A stretch of DNA of 49,134 bases, counting the filler, from Jimgerdemannia flammicorona (taxonomy: Eukaryota), in the NCBI GenBank assembly GCA_003990765.1. It is 2 parts of 2 records of this genome, joined end to end, with 100 filler letters (N's around TTAATTAATTAA, not from the genome) between each part and the next. Parts side by side here need not be neighbours in the genome. Positions count along the whole stretch, not along the records: positions 24,619 to 49,134 come from RBNJ01000967.1; 1 more part is not named here. One strand, given 5' to 3'. The notes under the pieces were generated by a model. The model did no database searches, had not been told where the DNA came from, and saw nothing but the letters and a program-made list of their open reading frames with translations. Position numbers and translations under genes: made by a program. Within the stretch, counting starts at the first letter, position 1, and the number at the start of each line of letters is the position of its first letter. Shown in pieces: positions 47,025-49,134 of this stretch.

Positions 47025-49086
47025 TATAAGAGGGTTGCTTTTTAGGGTAACTGTTACATAGTTCTAGAAGGGTTTTCTGGATATTCTGGATATTCTAGAA
47101 GACTGTTTTCTTATGGTCAAGATCAATTTCATATGGAGTACATCCTCTACACTTATTGATTTCAAGATTGGGTTGATGTCTCAACCAAAGTCCTTCTTCG
47201 AACTTGTTCTGGATGTTCAGGATTTTTCGTATTTCAGGAAGTTTAAGAAACTAAGACCAGCTTAGTTGAATTGGCGTATCGCTGCAGACAATACCCAATT
47301 AGGAATTTTCGTGATGGGGTTAGGAGTGGGACCTAACAGGGAGCAGATTTACTTAAGAGTGGTTTGTGGGTTATTGAATAGGTTTATTTGCTATTTATGA
47401 TATTGCTATATTAAGAGTAGTTGTGTGAAGGGATATTGTGGGGAAGTATTCAGGAATGTTCTTGTGTATTCGAATCTGAGATTCTGAGGTCTGGGGGAGG
47501 GGGTATTTATACTAGTGAGGGGCTATCTGGACTATGCTAGATATGGATGTAGCACTAAGTGCTTTGCTGAGTCAGAATGTAGTCATATAGTACAAGTGTG
47601 ATCTGACATATCAAGAGATCATCTGACTGCTGAGTCAGTTCACAGTCACGTCGTACAAGGCTAATCTAACTATACTATGACTGCTAGGCTATTTATGGGT
47701 TTAGGCGCTGTCTGGGTAGTCCTCGATGACATCACCATTGATTGCATCATCTCTGATAAAGTAGTTGTCTAGGAAGAGTGATTCGCGGATTACTTCTCCT
47801 TGTTCGCTGAGGTAATAGTATATTGGAACTTCATCTCTATCCTACAGGATAGCATCATCTGTCTCGTATGCTGGATAAGGTATTGGTGGGCGAAGGATGG
47901 TATATTGTCTTCACTTTCATCGGATTCACTATCTGCGTACCTTCTATAGGTTACAGCACTATGAGTTGCAGAATTGTAGTAAGCTGGCAGCTGTGGTTTA
48001 TGTCACTCATACTCAGGTGGTGGAGTGGTTGGTTCAATCTCAAGAGTTGTCTAAAGGTACAGATTGTGTTCTCCGGTCTCTTCATTGTAGTTGAAGTAAT
48101 CGGGGGTAAATGCAGGTTGGTATTCATGCCAGTGGTCATTGTCCCAATAAGTCTTGTATGTAGTTATGAACTGTTGTAAGTTCATCAGCAAGGTTGGCAG
48201 TATGACCAGGGTTGGCAGAGATCCTTGGCTAGAGGTCATGTCGGTGTCAGAGGGATCATTGTCTTCTGCTTCATCTTCATCAAAGTGGATTATATCGTAG
48301 ATGTCCTTCATAGTATATCCAACTTGGGGCATTTGTAGGATATGATCATTGGGGTGTGGGAAGGTTCTATCTGTGGTTTCAACATACTCAAGGTACTTCT
48401 GGTTGAGTTCTTATATTATGTCATTGATTTGGCCATAGGACAAAGTAGCAACCATTTTGCTGGTAGTAACTCAGAGGCGGGGAATAAAGGTGCTATACTC
48501 GTAGAAGAGTTCTTGATGTTTGCAAGCGATGAGCTTCTAGTGTTGAGACATCTGGGTAATGTCTGTATCATGGTGGTGTTCGACTATGTCTTCCAGGAGG
48601 CAGCCAATCTGGTAGTAGCTTGAGATTTGTCCGATTCGGTGGGCCTCGCTAAGCATGTTCAGGGCATTCCATCAGGCTTCCACGAAGTAGAGGGGTGCCA
48701 GGCTATGGATATTCATGAGGGGCAGAGGGGGTGTGGCTCGGTTGACAATGGTATTCCAAATGTCAGTGTGGATATAGTTGTAGATCTTGGTGGTCATGTT
48801 TATGTGTTTGGAAGTTGTGGTTGTTTGTTTATTTTGGTTCTCTGATTCGACACATCTTAATGCTTGGTATATATGCATTTGGTCCTGATTGGTAAGATCC
48901 CATTTGTGTAAATCTTGTGTTCCGTGACTTCATATTGACTCAGCTTTGTATGCTGTGACTTCGGTTTGACTCAGCTTTGTAATCAAGCAAGTGATTTTCA
49001 GATTTGTTCGAGGGTCGTGTGTAATTTCAGTGGCTTATTCAGAGGGTGATGTGTAATTTCGGTGGCTTGGAGGTTGTGTGCTTACA
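47025..49086 (-). mobile_element. ~2.06-kb 3' LTR of gypsy element 5 (body lies beyond the window), containing an ORF
   Basis: On the minus strand: PPT (49087-49101) then TGTAAG...CTTATA termini; the pre-LTR context aaggacgttg..taagaagaggagag resembles that of element 3; TATAAATACCCC at ~47500-47511. Confidence 0.7.
47701..48797 (-). pseudogene. ORF2-family gene inside the LTR (~365 codons, several stops and one frameshift)
   Basis: MTTKIYNY..QISSYYQIGCLL..KLIACKHQELFY..IPRL*VTT, followed by an acidic/Pro-rich tail ending DYPDSA*. Confidence 0.65.
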
Positions 49087-49134
49087 ACTCTCCTCTTCTT
49101 AGCTTTCAACGTCCTTGTTGGGGCTTTTTTTTTT

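Overview
Eukaryotic, almost certainly fungal DNA. The intron style, HxDLHxGN TKL kinase and NLRC3-like LRRs suggest an early-diverging lineage such as Mucoromycota (inference only). It is probably two contigs joined by an artificial 100-bp N/TTAATTAATTAA/N linker (24519-24618). Most of the window is nested, C-to-T/G-to-A-eroded retrotransposon: three dUTPase-carrying Ty3/gypsy elements, further gypsy fragments and LTRs, an Ngaro-type tyrosine-recombinase retrotransposon with A1-B1-A2-B2 split direct repeats, L1-clade LINEs and a Ty1/copia relic. One CpG-rich host gene can be reconstructed by hand on the minus strand (21609-16755, 15 exons, ~1147 codons). Its architecture is STE20/PAK-like pseudokinase, 15x 15-aa S/T/P repeat, 8 one-exon-per-repeat RI-type LRRs, and a non-RD TKL kinase. 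It resembles a tandem-kinase immune receptor and carries a single in-frame TAG at codon 26. Other highlights are an uncharacterised accessory ORF family shared by three gypsy elements (once inside a 2-kb LTR), dUTPase in two different pol positions, and a repeat-spacer array in the Ngaro 3' region.
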